Shown here: positions 37,653-47,248 of the stretch, piece after piece
Layout of the letters: each line of letters begins with the position of its first letter
Position numbering within the stretch: position 1 is the stretch's first letter
Virus record (IMG/VR): IMGVR_UViG_3300021579_000010
Coordinates: 1-51,412 of that record
DNA length: 51,412 nucleotides
Origin: a virus
Lineage: Duplodnaviria; Caudoviricetes
Reading direction: 5' to 3' (one strand)
Program-made: the position numbers and the translations under genes
Notes under the pieces: generated by a model
What the model was told of the DNA's origin: nothing
Database searches by the model: none
Seen by the model: the letters and a program-made list of their open reading frames with translations, nothing else

Positions 37653-37807
37653 ACCAAGCAGATATAAATAACAATGCGGATTTAAAAGCAAGAGAAGCTA
37701 TGTCCGAACTTATCCGAAATATGCACAAATCAGGTGCCACAGCAGTAGTTAAGAAGATAATCATTAAGAACCTGATTAAGCGGTTACTTGATGAAGAAAT
37801 AAATTAG
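37649..37807 (+). CDS. 52-aa hypothetical protein (not in ORF track)
   Basis: MNQADINNNADLKAREAMSEL...; ATGA overlap. Confidence 0.5.
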   Translation: MNQADINNNADLKAREAMSELIRNMHKSGATAVVKKIIIKNLIKRLLDEEIN

Positions 37808-37853
37808 CTGACTAAGTAGTTATTATCAAAACCAAGAAGTACATTTGTTCCGT

Positions 37854-37982
37854 ATGAAATATGCGTCTGTTTGTTCCGGTATTGAGGCTGCAACTGTTGC
37901 ATGGCACCCTTTGGGCTTTAAGCCTGCATGGTTTAGCCAATTGACACATAACCTTTTAGAAGATTTAGAATGCATAAGATAG
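37854..37982 (+). pseudogene. Truncated C5-cytosine DNA methyltransferase (motif I remnant)
   Basis: MKYASVCSGIEAATVAWHPLGFKPAWFSQLTHNLLEDLECIR*; matches the phage Dcm N-terminus, only 42 codons. Confidence 0.8.
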
Positions 37983-40414
37983 ATATAGCCACGGCTGCTA
38001 ACAGGGAAAGTAAAACATGGAAGAACCAGAAGGTGACTTGGGAGGCTTTCGTTAAGAAGGTATCTGTCACCCACAGGACGCATGAGAAGTATGCTGTGTA
38101 TTGTACCTCCCCAAGGAAGATACAAACCGAAATAAAGGATGTGGGTGGTTTCGTAGGTGGTTACCTCTCTGGTGGCCAGCGTAAGAAAAACACCGTTCTC
38201 CATAGGCAGTTGATTACCCTTGACGTGGATAACACGACTGTGAACATCTGGGATGATTTCACAATTAAATTCAGCTTTGCCGCTTGCTGTTACTCCACAC
38301 ATAAGCATACAAGTGCTGCACCGAGGCTTAGGCTTATCATACCTGTTGACAGGGAGTTAGGTGTAGATGAGTATGAGGCTGTAGCAAGGATGATAGCAGG
38401 TTTGATAGGTATTGAAGCCTTTGACCCTACTACTTTTGAACCCTCTAGGTTGATGTATTGGCCTAGCACCTCTGTTGATGGTGAGTGGTTCTTTGAAGAG
38501 CAGGAAGGTGATTGGCTGGTAGCTGACAACATACTTTCGCAGTATGTGGATTGGAAAGATACCTCTGCATGGCCTGTATCAGAGAAGTTCAACAGCTTGA
38601 TTAAGAACACAGCCACTAAGCAAGGTGACCCGCTAGAGAAACCAGGTGTTATCGGTGCATTCTGTAGGACTTACTCTATTGTTGAGGCCATAGAAACCTT
38701 CTTACCAGATGTCTATGAGCTAAGTGATGTCGAGGACAGGTACACGTTTAAAGGCGGTAGCACGGCAGCCGGGCTTGTGGTGTACGAGGACAAATTCGCA
38801 TACAGCCACCATGGTACTGACCCTACAAGTATGCAACTGTGTAATGCCTTTGACCTTGTAAGGATACACAAGTTTAGCCATCTGGACGAGAACTCAGATG
38901 TTACACAGAACAACAAGAAGCCTAGCTACATGGCTATGCTGGACTTTGCCGGTGCAGATGGTCCTGTGCGTAAGCTGATAGGTCAGGAGCGGCTAGCTGA
39001 GGCAGAGTATGACTTTGCTGATGACTTGGAAGAAACAGACGAGCCTGTTGATACAGATTGGCTTACAGGGCTTGCAGTGGATAAGAAGGGTAACTACCTA
39101 GGCACTGCCGATAACATGGTGAAGATACTCACCAATGACCCAAAGCTGAAAGGACGCATAAGGTTGAACACCTTTGAGCAGCGAGAGGATGTGCTTGGTG
39201 ATTTACCGTGGCGCAAGGTTACCCCACTGACGCAATACCTGAATGACCGTGACGTGAACCTGTTGCAGCATTACCTAGAGCAGGTGTATGACATCAGCAA
39301 TGCAAGCAAGCTGGAAGTGGCTTTAAGTGTGGTGCTGGAACGTAACCAATACCACCCTATTAAGGACTACCTCGGAGCGCAGAAGTGGGATGGCACCAAG
39401 CGGGTTGATACCCTGCTGCATGACTACCTAGGCTGTGAGGACAGTGAGTACACGAGTGCCATCATCAGGAAAACCCTGTGTGCTGCTATTGCACGTGTGT
39501 ACACTCCCGGATGCAAGTTCGACTATGTGTTGACATTCGTAGGTGCGCAGGGGTTAAAGAAATCAATGTTGATAGACAAGCTAGGCGGTGCGTGGTTCAG
39601 TGACAGCTTTACAACCGTACAGGGCAAGGAGGCTTATGAGCAAATACAGGGTAGCTGGTTTGTGGAGATGGCAGAGTTAAGTGGATTGGGTAAGGCAGCA
39701 GTGGAACAGACCAAGCATTATATCAGTAAGCGCAAGGATAAGTTCAGAGTGGCTTACGGCAGGAGGGTTGACGAGTTCCCAAGGCAGTGTGTGTTCCTTG
39801 CCACTACTAACATCCTGTTCTTCCTGAAGGATAAGACAGGTAATAGAAGGTGGTGGCCGGCAGTAGTGTATAAGGAACAGCCTACACTGGACGTGGCAGG
39901 GATAAACGAGTATATCCGTGGGCAGATATGGGCTGAGGCTATGTCGATGTATAAAGCCGGTGAGGACTTGTACTTGACACCCGAACTAGAGGCGGTGGCT
40001 AAACAGATACAGGAGAGCCATACTGAGGTGGATGAGCGTAGTGGCATCGTTGAGAAATACCTTGATGTGCCACTGTGTAGCGAGTGGGATGATATGGACA
40101 TCTACGCAAGGCGTGGCTGGATACAGGGCGGCTGGAAAGACTACTCAGGTGACCTGTATATGCGTACCAGAGTGTGTGCTGTGGAGATATTCTGTGAGGC
40201 ATTCAATGGCAAGCTGGAAGAGGTGAATACCCACACCACCAGGGATATACACGACATCATGGGTGGTATGCCAGAGTGGACCCGCAGCATTACTAAGTTG
40301 AGCTTTAAGAAGTATGGAGTGCTAAAGGGCTACACTAGACCTTACAAGAGCTTTGAGAATAATAATTTGTTAACTGTTTATAAAGATTTTGAGGATGACA
40401 CCATTGAAAACTGA
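37970..40414 (+). CDS. Primase-helicase (AEP/PriCT + VirE/VapE helicase)
   Basis: 'LDVD', 'YSTHKH', 'RLMYWPS', Walker A 'GAQGLKKS', 'TGNRRWW'. Confidence 0.93.
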   Translation: MHKIDIATAANRESKTWKNQKVTWEAFVKKVSVTHRTHEKYAVYCTSPRKIQTEIKDVGGFVGGYLSGGQRKKNTVLHRQLITLDVDNTTVNIWDDFTIKFSFAACCYSTHKHTSAAPRLRLIIPVDRELGVDEYEAVARMIAGLIGIEAFDPTTFEPSRLMYWPSTSVDGEWFFEEQEGDWLVADNILSQYVDWKDTSAWPVSEKFNSLIKNTATKQGDPLEKPGVIGAFCRTYSIVEAIETFLPDVYELSDVEDRYTFKGGSTAAGLVVYEDKFAYSHHGTDPTSMQLCNAFDLVRIHKFSHLDENSDVTQNNKKPSYMAMLDFAGADGPVRKLIGQERLAEAEYDFADDLEETDEPVDTDWLTGLAVDKKGNYLGTADNMVKILTNDPKLKGRIRLNTFEQREDVLGDLPWRKVTPLTQYLNDRDVNLLQHYLEQVYDISNASKLEVALSVVLERNQYHPIKDYLGAQKWDGTKRVDTLLHDYLGCEDSEYTSAIIRKTLCAAIARVYTPGCKFDYVLTFVGAQGLKKSMLIDKLGGAWFSDSFTTVQGKEAYEQIQGSWFVEMAELSGLGKAAVEQTKHYISKRKDKFRVAYGRRVDEFPRQCVFLATTNILFFLKDKTGNRRWWPAVVYKEQPTLDVAGINEYIRGQIWAEAMSMYKAGEDLYLTPELEAVAKQIQESHTEVDERSGIVEKYLDVPLCSEWDDMDIYARRGWIQGGWKDYSGDLYMRTRVCAVEIFCEAFNGKLEEVNTHTTRDIHDIMGGMPEWTRSITKLSFKKYGVLKGYTRPYKSFENNNLLTVYKDFEDDTIEN

Positions 40415-41144
40415 CATGATAGCACTGGGTATGGTTCAATTAGGTGATTGCCTTGAACTCATGAAAAGTATGCCTGACGGTATGGTGGATATGGTGTTAT
40501 GCGATTTACCTTACGGCACTACGCAGTGTAAATGGGATACCATAATCCCTTTTGAACCTTTATGGGAGCAGATAAAAAGGGTGACCAAAATTAATTCAGC
40601 AATAGTATTGACCGCAGCAGAACCCTTCTGTTCTAAGCTAGTTCTGTCTAACATTGATATGTTTAAGTACGATATTATCTGGCATAAAACGCATCCAAAA
40701 GGACACTTAAATGCTAAAAAGATGCCTATGAGAGCGCATGAAAACGTGTTGGTATTTTATCAGAAGAGACCCACATATAATCCACAAATGACATCGGGTC
40801 ATAAACGTAAAGTCGCAAAAACAGCATATATAAAAGAAGCTGATGGTAATAGTGTTTATGGTGGCGAGAACAGGAACACGTCTTATGATAGCACAGAGAG
40901 ATACCCTTTAAGTGTACAGACCTTCAGTAATGCAGACCAGAGTAACCCATTACATCCTACGCAAAAGCCTGTTTCCTTATTTAAGTATCTTATAAGCACT
41001 TATACTAACGAAGGTGACTTAGTACTTGACATGTGCGCCGGTTCTGGTACGACTGGTGTAGCCTGTAGAGAGCTAAATCGAGATTACTGGTTAATGGAGA
41101 AAGACCCTGAACATTTTAAAACAATAGTAAACAGATTAGTATGA
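40395..41144 (+). CDS. DNA N6-adenine/N4-cytosine methyltransferase (beta class)
   Basis: 'GDCLE', 'DLPYG', 'HPTQKP', 'LDMCAGSGTT'. Confidence 0.92.
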   Translation: MTPLKTDMIALGMVQLGDCLELMKSMPDGMVDMVLCDLPYGTTQCKWDTIIPFEPLWEQIKRVTKINSAIVLTAAEPFCSKLVLSNIDMFKYDIIWHKTHPKGHLNAKKMPMRAHENVLVFYQKRPTYNPQMTSGHKRKVAKTAYIKEADGNSVYGGENRNTSYDSTERYPLSVQTFSNADQSNPLHPTQKPVSLFKYLISTYTNEGDLVLDMCAGSGTTGVACRELNRDYWLMEKDPEHFKTIVNRLV

Positions 41145-41926
41145 TACTATCTGACAAACAAATACTCTCTGAAATAGAGAAAGGGCTTATTAAGATTGAG
41201 CCGTTTGACCAGGCGCAGCTTGGTACGAACTCTTATGATGTGCGCCTTGGTGCGACATTAGCCATCTACGCTGATAAGGTGCTTGACTGTGCCAAGGAGA
41301 ACGTGGTGCAGTACATCCCTATACCTCCTGAGGGCTACGTGCTGGAACCGGGCATCCTGTACCTCGGTAGTACCGTGGAGTACACTGAATCCCTAGGTCA
41401 TGTGCCACTGCTAGAGGGCTGTAGCTCTACCGGACGTTATGGTTTAAGCATACATGCTACTGCCGGATTCGGTGATGTGGGGTTTAAGAACCACTGGACA
41501 TTAGAACTATCCGTGGTGCAGCCTGTAAGGGTGTATGCAGGTATGATAGTGGGTCAGTTGTATTGGGTTACTTGTGGTGACCCTGCGCTATATGCTAAAG
41601 AGGATATTGCTGATGGCTTAGTTCACATGAATAAAATATGTGGTTTCCTACAAACGTATGACCAGAAAGCAAGTGCTAAGTACAATACTCGTAACGTGCT
41701 GCCACAGCCGAGCCAGATGTGGAAGAAATTCACCGAGGCAGAATTGGAGGGTATCAGGGTGGCCAAAGGAGTTTGCCCTAACTGTGATGGTTCAGGTAAT
41801 GTGCTTGACCATTTTATGCTACCTTCTCAGAAATGTGACCTGTGCGGTGGTATGGGTGGAGTGGTTCAGAAACCGAATATATCCGAAGGATATGATTATT
41901 GGGATAGTGTATGGGAAAGCCTTTAG
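41141..41926 (+). CDS. dcd: dCTP deaminase with C-terminal CxxCxGxG zinc finger
   Basis: 'ILSD', 'NSYDVRL', 'SSTGRYGL', 'AGFGDVGF..HWTLE'; 'CPNCDGSG..CDLCGGMG'. Confidence 0.88.
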   Translation: MILSDKQILSEIEKGLIKIEPFDQAQLGTNSYDVRLGATLAIYADKVLDCAKENVVQYIPIPPEGYVLEPGILYLGSTVEYTESLGHVPLLEGCSSTGRYGLSIHATAGFGDVGFKNHWTLELSVVQPVRVYAGMIVGQLYWVTCGDPALYAKEDIADGLVHMNKICGFLQTYDQKASAKYNTRNVLPQPSQMWKKFTEAELEGIRVAKGVCPNCDGSGNVLDHFMLPSQKCDLCGGMGGVVQKPNISEGYDYWDSVWESL

Positions 41927-42201
41927 TATCCGAAAAGCTCTTGGAGAGCAAGCTGCGGAATATGGTCAAGGAAGCAGGTGGATTAGCGATTAAGATGGTT
42001 GCTGTATCCTTTGTAGGGCTTCCTGACCGTATCATCCTGCTACCGGGTGGCAGGGTGTGCTTTGCAGAGATTAAAACCACAGGCCAGAAGCTCAGGCCAA
42101 CCCAAGTAGCTGTTAAGGCTATGCTGGAGAAAATGGGCTTTGATTACAGGGTGATAGACAGTCACCTTGATTTAGAACTTTTTAAAATTGATTACTTATG
42201 A
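41911..42201 (+). CDS. VRR-NUC nuclease
   Basis: 'GLPDRI', 'FAEIK', 'LRPTQ'. Confidence 0.9.
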   Translation: MGKPLVSEKLLESKLRNMVKEAGGLAIKMVAVSFVGLPDRIILLPGGRVCFAEIKTTGQKLRPTQVAVKAMLEKMGFDYRVIDSHLDLELFKIDYL

Positions 42202-42692
42202 ATAAACGAATAATTAAATTCCGAGTATGGGATGGAAACGAAATGACATACCCAAACATAATAGCATTCCAAGAGAACTTTAGTTGGAATCATTGGACAA
42301 GTGCATTACATGATTCAACCCAGTGGTGCGGAGAAAAAGGGTATGTTTATAAACCTGAATTAATGCAGTTCACGGGTTTTACCGATAAAAACGGAAAGGA
42401 GGTGTATGAAGGTGATATTGTCGTTGCTTGGTCGGCAGGCTCTAAGGCAACATTTGAAATAAAATGGCGGCAAGAAGCATCTCCGTGTTATATTCTATTC
42501 CCTGCATGGCAAAATCGTGAAATGTGGCACATATCAGCTACTAAATTCGAGAAAGGCAAACAATTTATTGATGTAGAAGGTAATATAACAACATCTGACA
42601 TTGACGGCTATATCGACGATGGCATTGAAATAATTGGAAACATTTATGAAAATCCGGAATTAATAATTCAAAAACAGACGGATGCTAAATAA
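42198..42692 (+). CDS. YopX family protein
   Basis: 'IKFRVWD', 'MQFTG..DKNGKEVYEGDIV', 'IIGNIYENPEL'. Confidence 0.92.
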   Translation: MNKRIIKFRVWDGNEMTYPNIIAFQENFSWNHWTSALHDSTQWCGEKGYVYKPELMQFTGFTDKNGKEVYEGDIVVAWSAGSKATFEIKWRQEASPCYILFPAWQNREMWHISATKFEKGKQFIDVEGNITTSDIDGYIDDGIEIIGNIYENPELIIQKQTDAK

Positions 42693-44088
42693 ATCCAACC
42701 TGCACGTATACCAGGCACACGGTGTTGACCATGTCATAGCTAATCCGTTCTGTGGCTTGTTGCTAGAGATGGGCTTAGGTAAGACTGTGACCACTGGTAC
42801 AGCCATCAACGAGTTAATGTATGACCTGATGGAAGTGAACAAGGTGCTTATCATAGCGCCCCTAAGGGTGGCGCAACAGACTTGGACTGATGAGTTCAGT
42901 AAGTGGGAACACCTGATGCACTTTAGCGTCAGTAAAATCCTAGGCTCTGCTACCGAGCGCAGGCGCGGTCTTGCTGCCAAGTCTGACATCTACATCATCA
43001 ACAGGGAGAACATCGTATGGCTGGTCGCTGAGCTAGGTGGTTCGTGGCCTTTTGATATGGTGGTGATTGACGAGCTTAGCAGTTTTAAGAACCCACAGTC
43101 TGCACGGTTCAAGGCACTAAGGCAAGTACGTGATAAGATTAAGCGGGTTGTAGGGCTTACCGGAACACCGGCACCTAATGGACTTATTGACCTGTGGCCC
43201 CAGATATGGCTGCTGGACAAAGGCGCAAGGCTGGGTAAGACCATCACGGAGTACCGGAACAGGTACTTTAAGCCTGGTAGGAGTAAGGGTCATGTGGTGT
43301 ACGAGTACAACATTGACCAGCATAAGGATGATGAGGCTCTGGGAGCCGATTTAAACGTACGTCTTATCCACGAGAAGATAAGTGACATCTGCATATCAAT
43401 GAAAGCCGAGGATTGGCTAGAATTGCCACCGCGCATAGATTTAGTCCGTGACATAGTGTTGCCTCCTGACATCATGAAGCAGTACCTTGACTTCGAGAAG
43501 AAAATGATACTGGAAATCAGTGATACAGAGAACGTAAGTGCTTTAAGTGCATCAGCACTTACTAACAAGCTGTTGCAGTTCTGTAACGGTGCTGTGTATA
43601 CTGATGACAAGGGTAACTACGCTGAGGTGCATAACGAGAAGATAGCTGAACTAGAAGAGCTTATCGAGGCGGCTAATGGCAACCCTATGCTGGTAGCTTA
43701 CTCGTTCAAGAGTGATGTAGAACGTATCCAAAGGCACCTGAAACACCTACACCCTGTGAAGCTGGATACCACGGCTAAGTTCTATGACTGGAACGCTGGT
43801 AAGATACCCTTTGCTTTAGGCCATCCTGCGAGTATGGGTCATGGTTTGAACCTGCAAGATGGTGGTCACCTTGCTACATGGTTCGGGTTTAATTGGGCTT
43901 TAGAACTGGTGCAGCAGTTTAATGCAAGGCTGTTCAGGCAGGGGCAGCAAAAGAGCGTCAGGTTTAACTACTTGAAGTGTGTAGGCACCATGGATGAGGA
44001 TGTGCTAAAAAGCAATGCCTCCAAGGAACATTCCCAGGAGGCACTGATGCAAGCTGTTAAAGCAAGGATTAAGAAGTATAAGGGTTAA
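42682..44088 (+). CDS. SNF2-family helicase
   Basis: 'MGLGKT', 'IDELS', 'LTGTP', 'GHGLNLQ', 'ARLFRQGQ'. Confidence 0.93.
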   Translation: MLNKSNLHVYQAHGVDHVIANPFCGLLLEMGLGKTVTTGTAINELMYDLMEVNKVLIIAPLRVAQQTWTDEFSKWEHLMHFSVSKILGSATERRRGLAAKSDIYIINRENIVWLVAELGGSWPFDMVVIDELSSFKNPQSARFKALRQVRDKIKRVVGLTGTPAPNGLIDLWPQIWLLDKGARLGKTITEYRNRYFKPGRSKGHVVYEYNIDQHKDDEALGADLNVRLIHEKISDICISMKAEDWLELPPRIDLVRDIVLPPDIMKQYLDFEKKMILEISDTENVSALSASALTNKLLQFCNGAVYTDDKGNYAEVHNEKIAELEELIEAANGNPMLVAYSFKSDVERIQRHLKHLHPVKLDTTAKFYDWNAGKIPFALGHPASMGHGLNLQDGGHLATWFGFNWALELVQQFNARLFRQGQQKSVRFNYLKCVGTMDEDVLKSNASKEHSQEALMQAVKARIKKYKG

Positions 44089-45107
44089 CCGAAAAAATGT
44101 TCCCAGGAATAAAACCTAATGTCACCTTCATCATTAACCACATTACAGCCTTCTTTGGTTTCTAAAACTACCTCATAATAAGCTAAATGTGTGAGGGTAA
44201 TCATATTTGCAACTTTACACCGAACAGTCTTACACACAACTGGTTTCTCCGAGGTGAACATATCCTTGTCGTACCACTTATTAAGCCCTCTGTCGTTGGT
44301 AATGAAGATTATGTTCTTACTGGTGTCCTCGTTGAGTATCTTGTAGCCCTTGTTTTTAGTGAGCCATAGGCCTGCTATTTCGAGACAGTAGGCGAACACA
44401 GGCTCTTCCGGTGGCACAGGGTCCGTGAAGGTGGTGAAGTAGTAGCCTTGGTTATGACCTTTGTCGTTAACCACGTGGATATACACCAAGTCATCACCTC
44501 TGTAATTACCCTGTACCACCTTATAGCTTTTGCCGTTAGTCAGGGATTTGCAGTCATCGGTTTGGCAGGTGACTATGTAACCTTTGATGTCTTTTGGTGC
44601 GCCATCTGCTGATGTGAATACTGGCTTAGGTTTGTCAAAGGGTTCGGAGAAATTTATTGCGACATAGACAACTTTCGAACCTTCATCATTTACGACCTGT
44701 ATCAGTGTTAATTCACCAGATTGGTATTTGTACCCACACACCTCGTATTCAGTACCCATAGTCAGGTACTTAGCGCGTTTCGATTGGCACCTGACCCACA
44801 TACCTAGGATGTCCTTTTCAGGTTCGAGTGTAGCCTGTTTAATGATATTTGCTGCATCTGGGAAATCCTTTTTCGCAAACTGGTTTAGGTAGTCGTACAT
44901 AGCTGGCACCGCTTCTGGGTTAATCCCTTGGCCCCAGGTGTTGTTGAGTGCCGAGGCGATGTCTTTTGCGTTTTGGGTCACATCGTGGCCATATACACCT
45001 CCTGTTGTCTTATTCCACTCGGTTGCGTGAAACATAGCTATACTTGCACCGTGGGCATCAAATATGTACCCACCATCGGCTTTCACCGGAAATAATTCTT
45101 TTTTCAT
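44085..45107 (-). CDS. Protein with four tandem SH3-like (DUF6501-like) repeats
   Basis: Repeat 'C...LT.G..Y.V....VVND.G...Y....F' occurs four times. Confidence 0.7.
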   Translation of the reverse strand: MKKELFPVKADGGYIFDAHGASIAMFHATEWNKTTGGVYGHDVTQNAKDIASALNNTWGQGINPEAVPAMYDYLNQFAKKDFPDAANIIKQATLEPEKDILGMWVRCQSKRAKYLTMGTEYEVCGYKYQSGELTLIQVVNDEGSKVVYVAINFSEPFDKPKPVFTSADGAPKDIKGYIVTCQTDDCKSLTNGKSYKVVQGNYRGDDLVYIHVVNDKGHNQGYYFTTFTDPVPPEEPVFAYCLEIAGLWLTKNKGYKILNEDTSKNIIFITNDRGLNKWYDKDMFTSEKPVVCKTVRCKVANMITLTHLAYYEVVLETKEGCNVVNDEGDIRFYSWEHFFG

Positions 45108-45823
45108 AACCATAATTTGTTGTAACGAATGGCTATTTCGTTGGTTATCAGTTGTGCTTTGTCCAGGTCGCCTGCCTGGATAGCGAATTCGAGGAATACA
45201 CCTAAATCTGAGGTGCTGGCGTGGGATAGTGGTGTACGTGATTCTAAGACAAAAATCCTGTTCTTATTCTCCGCAAATGCTGGGTGCGTACCCTTTAGCA
45301 CCCTCAAAGATACCATATCACCTATAATACCTAGCACCTTGTATAGATTTGGTATCGTGCCTTGGGATGGTATAAATCCGTAGATTATACAACCTTCTTT
45401 GTAATCAGGGTATTTGGCATCAGGTACTATTTCTATATCTGATATTTTGTAAGTACGTCTTTCACCCACCCACATAAGACCTTCAGAGCTACACACCCTC
45501 TCAATCACATCTCCTGACATGGTTATTATCCTAAACTGCTGCTTATCACCACCATTTATCCGGGCTTTGATGGTATCACCTGCCTTGCATCTCACTGGTT
45601 CTGTGATTTTCACAGGTTCCGGGATTAGCTCAACAGCATCTAGCATATACTTGGATTTATACAGGCTGAACTCTGTGCCATCAGCATGTTTGATTTCCAA
45701 AATGTTACCTGCTATATCAACTTTCGTAATTAGCCACTCAAATACCTCAGGTGTGTTATCAACATCGTAGGTCTTGCCTACCAGTAGCACCCTGGCTCGG
45801 ATTTTGTCATTAACTTTGTACAT
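45104..45823 (-). CDS. Hypothetical multidomain protein, paralog of 45810..46199
   Basis: Shares 'YKV.D.I.ARVL' and 'PLSH.S..DL...E...RYN.L'. Confidence 0.7.
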   Translation of the reverse strand: MYKVNDKIRARVLLVGKTYDVDNTPEVFEWLITKVDIAGNILEIKHADGTEFSLYKSKYMLDAVELIPEPVKITEPVRCKAGDTIKARINGGDKQQFRIITMSGDVIERVCSSEGLMWVGERRTYKISDIEIVPDAKYPDYKEGCIIYGFIPSQGTIPNLYKVLGIIGDMVSLRVLKGTHPAFAENKNRIFVLESRTPLSHASTSDLGVFLEFAIQAGDLDKAQLITNEIAIRYNKLWL

Positions 45824-46199
45824 AAAATTGGTTTAGATTGTTATAACGCTTGTTTAATTCACTGTCTACCTCATCATAGAGGGCCTTGTGGCCTAAGATG
45901 TAGGCCTTGTTACGGATGCTGTTCAGGTCCGTGTAGCTGAGGTGGGAGAGTGGATTTTCCCTTGTTGCTTTATTCGGTAACTTTTCAAGATGTGTAAGGT
46001 AGTATCTACCATCAGGTGATACGTTGTAACTATTGCCATCAGAGTGTTCTATTTCAACGATATTACCTTTCACATCTATTTGGGATACCTCCCAGTCGTG
46101 TAAGTCTGGCAATTTATAATCTGTGTATTCGGTGCTTTTGTATAGCACCCTTGCGGATATTCTATCACCTACTTTGTAGGTTTGTGCCGTGTTTTGCAT
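45810..46199 (-). CDS. Hypothetical protein, paralog of 45104..45823
   Basis: See paralog. Confidence 0.7.
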   Translation of the reverse strand: MQNTAQTYKVGDRISARVLYKSTEYTDYKLPDLHDWEVSQIDVKGNIVEIEHSDGNSYNVSPDGRYYLTHLEKLPNKATRENPLSHLSYTDLNSIRNKAYILGHKALYDEVDSELNKRYNNLNQFYVQS

Positions 46200-46360
46200 A
46201 TTTTACGTGTTTTGCAATTATCAAAATTTTGAATGATTTTAAATTTTTCAGGGTATTCGATACCTGCCATGGCCATTTTCAACCGTTCTGAGAAATCAGG
46301 TGCTGGAACGGATTTGTGTTTGTCAGGAAACCTGAATATGTAAGGGTCATTGGTTAACAC
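46169..46360 (-). CDS. Hypothetical protein
   Basis: 63 aa, overlaps both neighbours in the operon. Confidence 0.45.
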   Translation of the reverse strand: MLTNDPYIFRFPDKHKSVPAPDFSERLKMAMAGIEYPEKFKIIQNFDNCKTRKICKTRHKPTK

Positions 46361-46865
46361 TGTAGTTTTTAGATTTTAGAAATTCATAGAGTTTGTCAAA
46401 CGGTTTTTCAGCTATTGTGCCGTCAAGCACATATTTCACATGAAATGCACCTGTAATGAGTATTAACATCTCTGAGCCGTCAGGTGCTGTGAACCTGGCA
46501 CCATCTTTCACGTGAAGCCCATAGTTGCAATATTCGTTTGCCAGAGATGGGTCAAAGCCAAAGTCTTGACAGGCTTGCATGGCTATCTCGTAACGTGGGT
46601 CTGTACAATGGTTTGCAAGGGCCTTCCACAGTATGCTTTTTTCGTTGTACCCAGACATAATGTCTTTCAGTTTGTCGGCATCAGCGAGGCCCAGGATTTC
46701 AGGGTTCGGTACTTCCAGTAAATAGAACCGACTGAATTTGTCTATCCGGGTAACACCGGGTAACAGTGTTGCCATCTTATCCGGGTTTTTCGCACATGTG
46801 CGGATTGCTGACCCTACAGCTTGTGGCGAGATACCTCGCAGTTTTGAATACTCTTGTGGTGTCAT
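46347..46865 (-). CDS. Protein with N-terminal helix-turn-helix
   Basis: 'MTPQEYSKLRGISPQAV..AI'. Confidence 0.65.
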   Translation of the reverse strand: MTPQEYSKLRGISPQAVGSAIRTCAKNPDKMATLLPGVTRIDKFSRFYLLEVPNPEILGLADADKLKDIMSGYNEKSILWKALANHCTDPRYEIAMQACQDFGFDPSLANEYCNYGLHVKDGARFTAPDGSEMLILITGAFHVKYVLDGTIAEKPFDKLYEFLKSKNYSVNQ

Positions 46866-46880
46866 AAAATTGAATTTTAA

Positions 46881-46929
46881 AAATTTGATTGGTTTTACCT
46901 CAAAATCCCGCCGAAGCGGGTTGAGGTGT
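46881..46929 (-). repeat. 49-bp intergenic hairpin repeat, copy 1 (UUCG loop)
   Basis: Minus strand ACCTCAA-CCCGC-TTCG-GCGGG-ATT-TTGAGGT; one mismatch to 47249-47297. Confidence 0.85.
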
Positions 46930-46945
46930 GTTAAGGATTTTGGTT

Positions 46946-47248
46946 TTAATCGTGATATACTTTTTTACCGTCAATAATCATGTAGTCGCGACATGGTTTC
47001 TCTATATGTGCTGTGACTGCATCAATAGTGAGGCTGTTTTTACCTAGGTTACGCTGGATTTGACGTTTGTCACCTTCGTAATAATCTACTGCTTTGTCTT
47101 TCAGATATTGTCTGGCTTCTTTGATTGTGCCAAAGGTTTCGCTACCTGAGTATGAACCGTTACCATTTTTAGTGGTGCCAATGTTAAACGCACTAAGGCT
47201 GTTTAATTGGTAAATTGTCGGAGCTGTTGCTGTGATTTTGACTGTCAT
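46946..47248 (-). CDS. Hypothetical early protein flanked by 49-bp repeats
   Basis: 100-aa ORF with AT-rich start region. Confidence 0.7.
   Translation of the reverse strand: MTVKITATAPTIYQLNSLSAFNIGTTKNGNGSYSGSETFGTIKEARQYLKDKAVDYYEGDKRQIQRNLGKNSLTIDAVTAHIEKPCRDYMIIDGKKVYHD

Noticed and set aside
37826-38308. 160-aa minus-strand ORF
   Set aside because: Antisense to the primase and the dcm remnant; shadow ORF.
1911-43610. Many antisense or alternative-frame ORFs in the track (e.g. 1911-2426, 19941-20342, 35751-36206, 41640-41993)
   Set aside because: Fully overlap well-supported genes and show no recognisable motifs.
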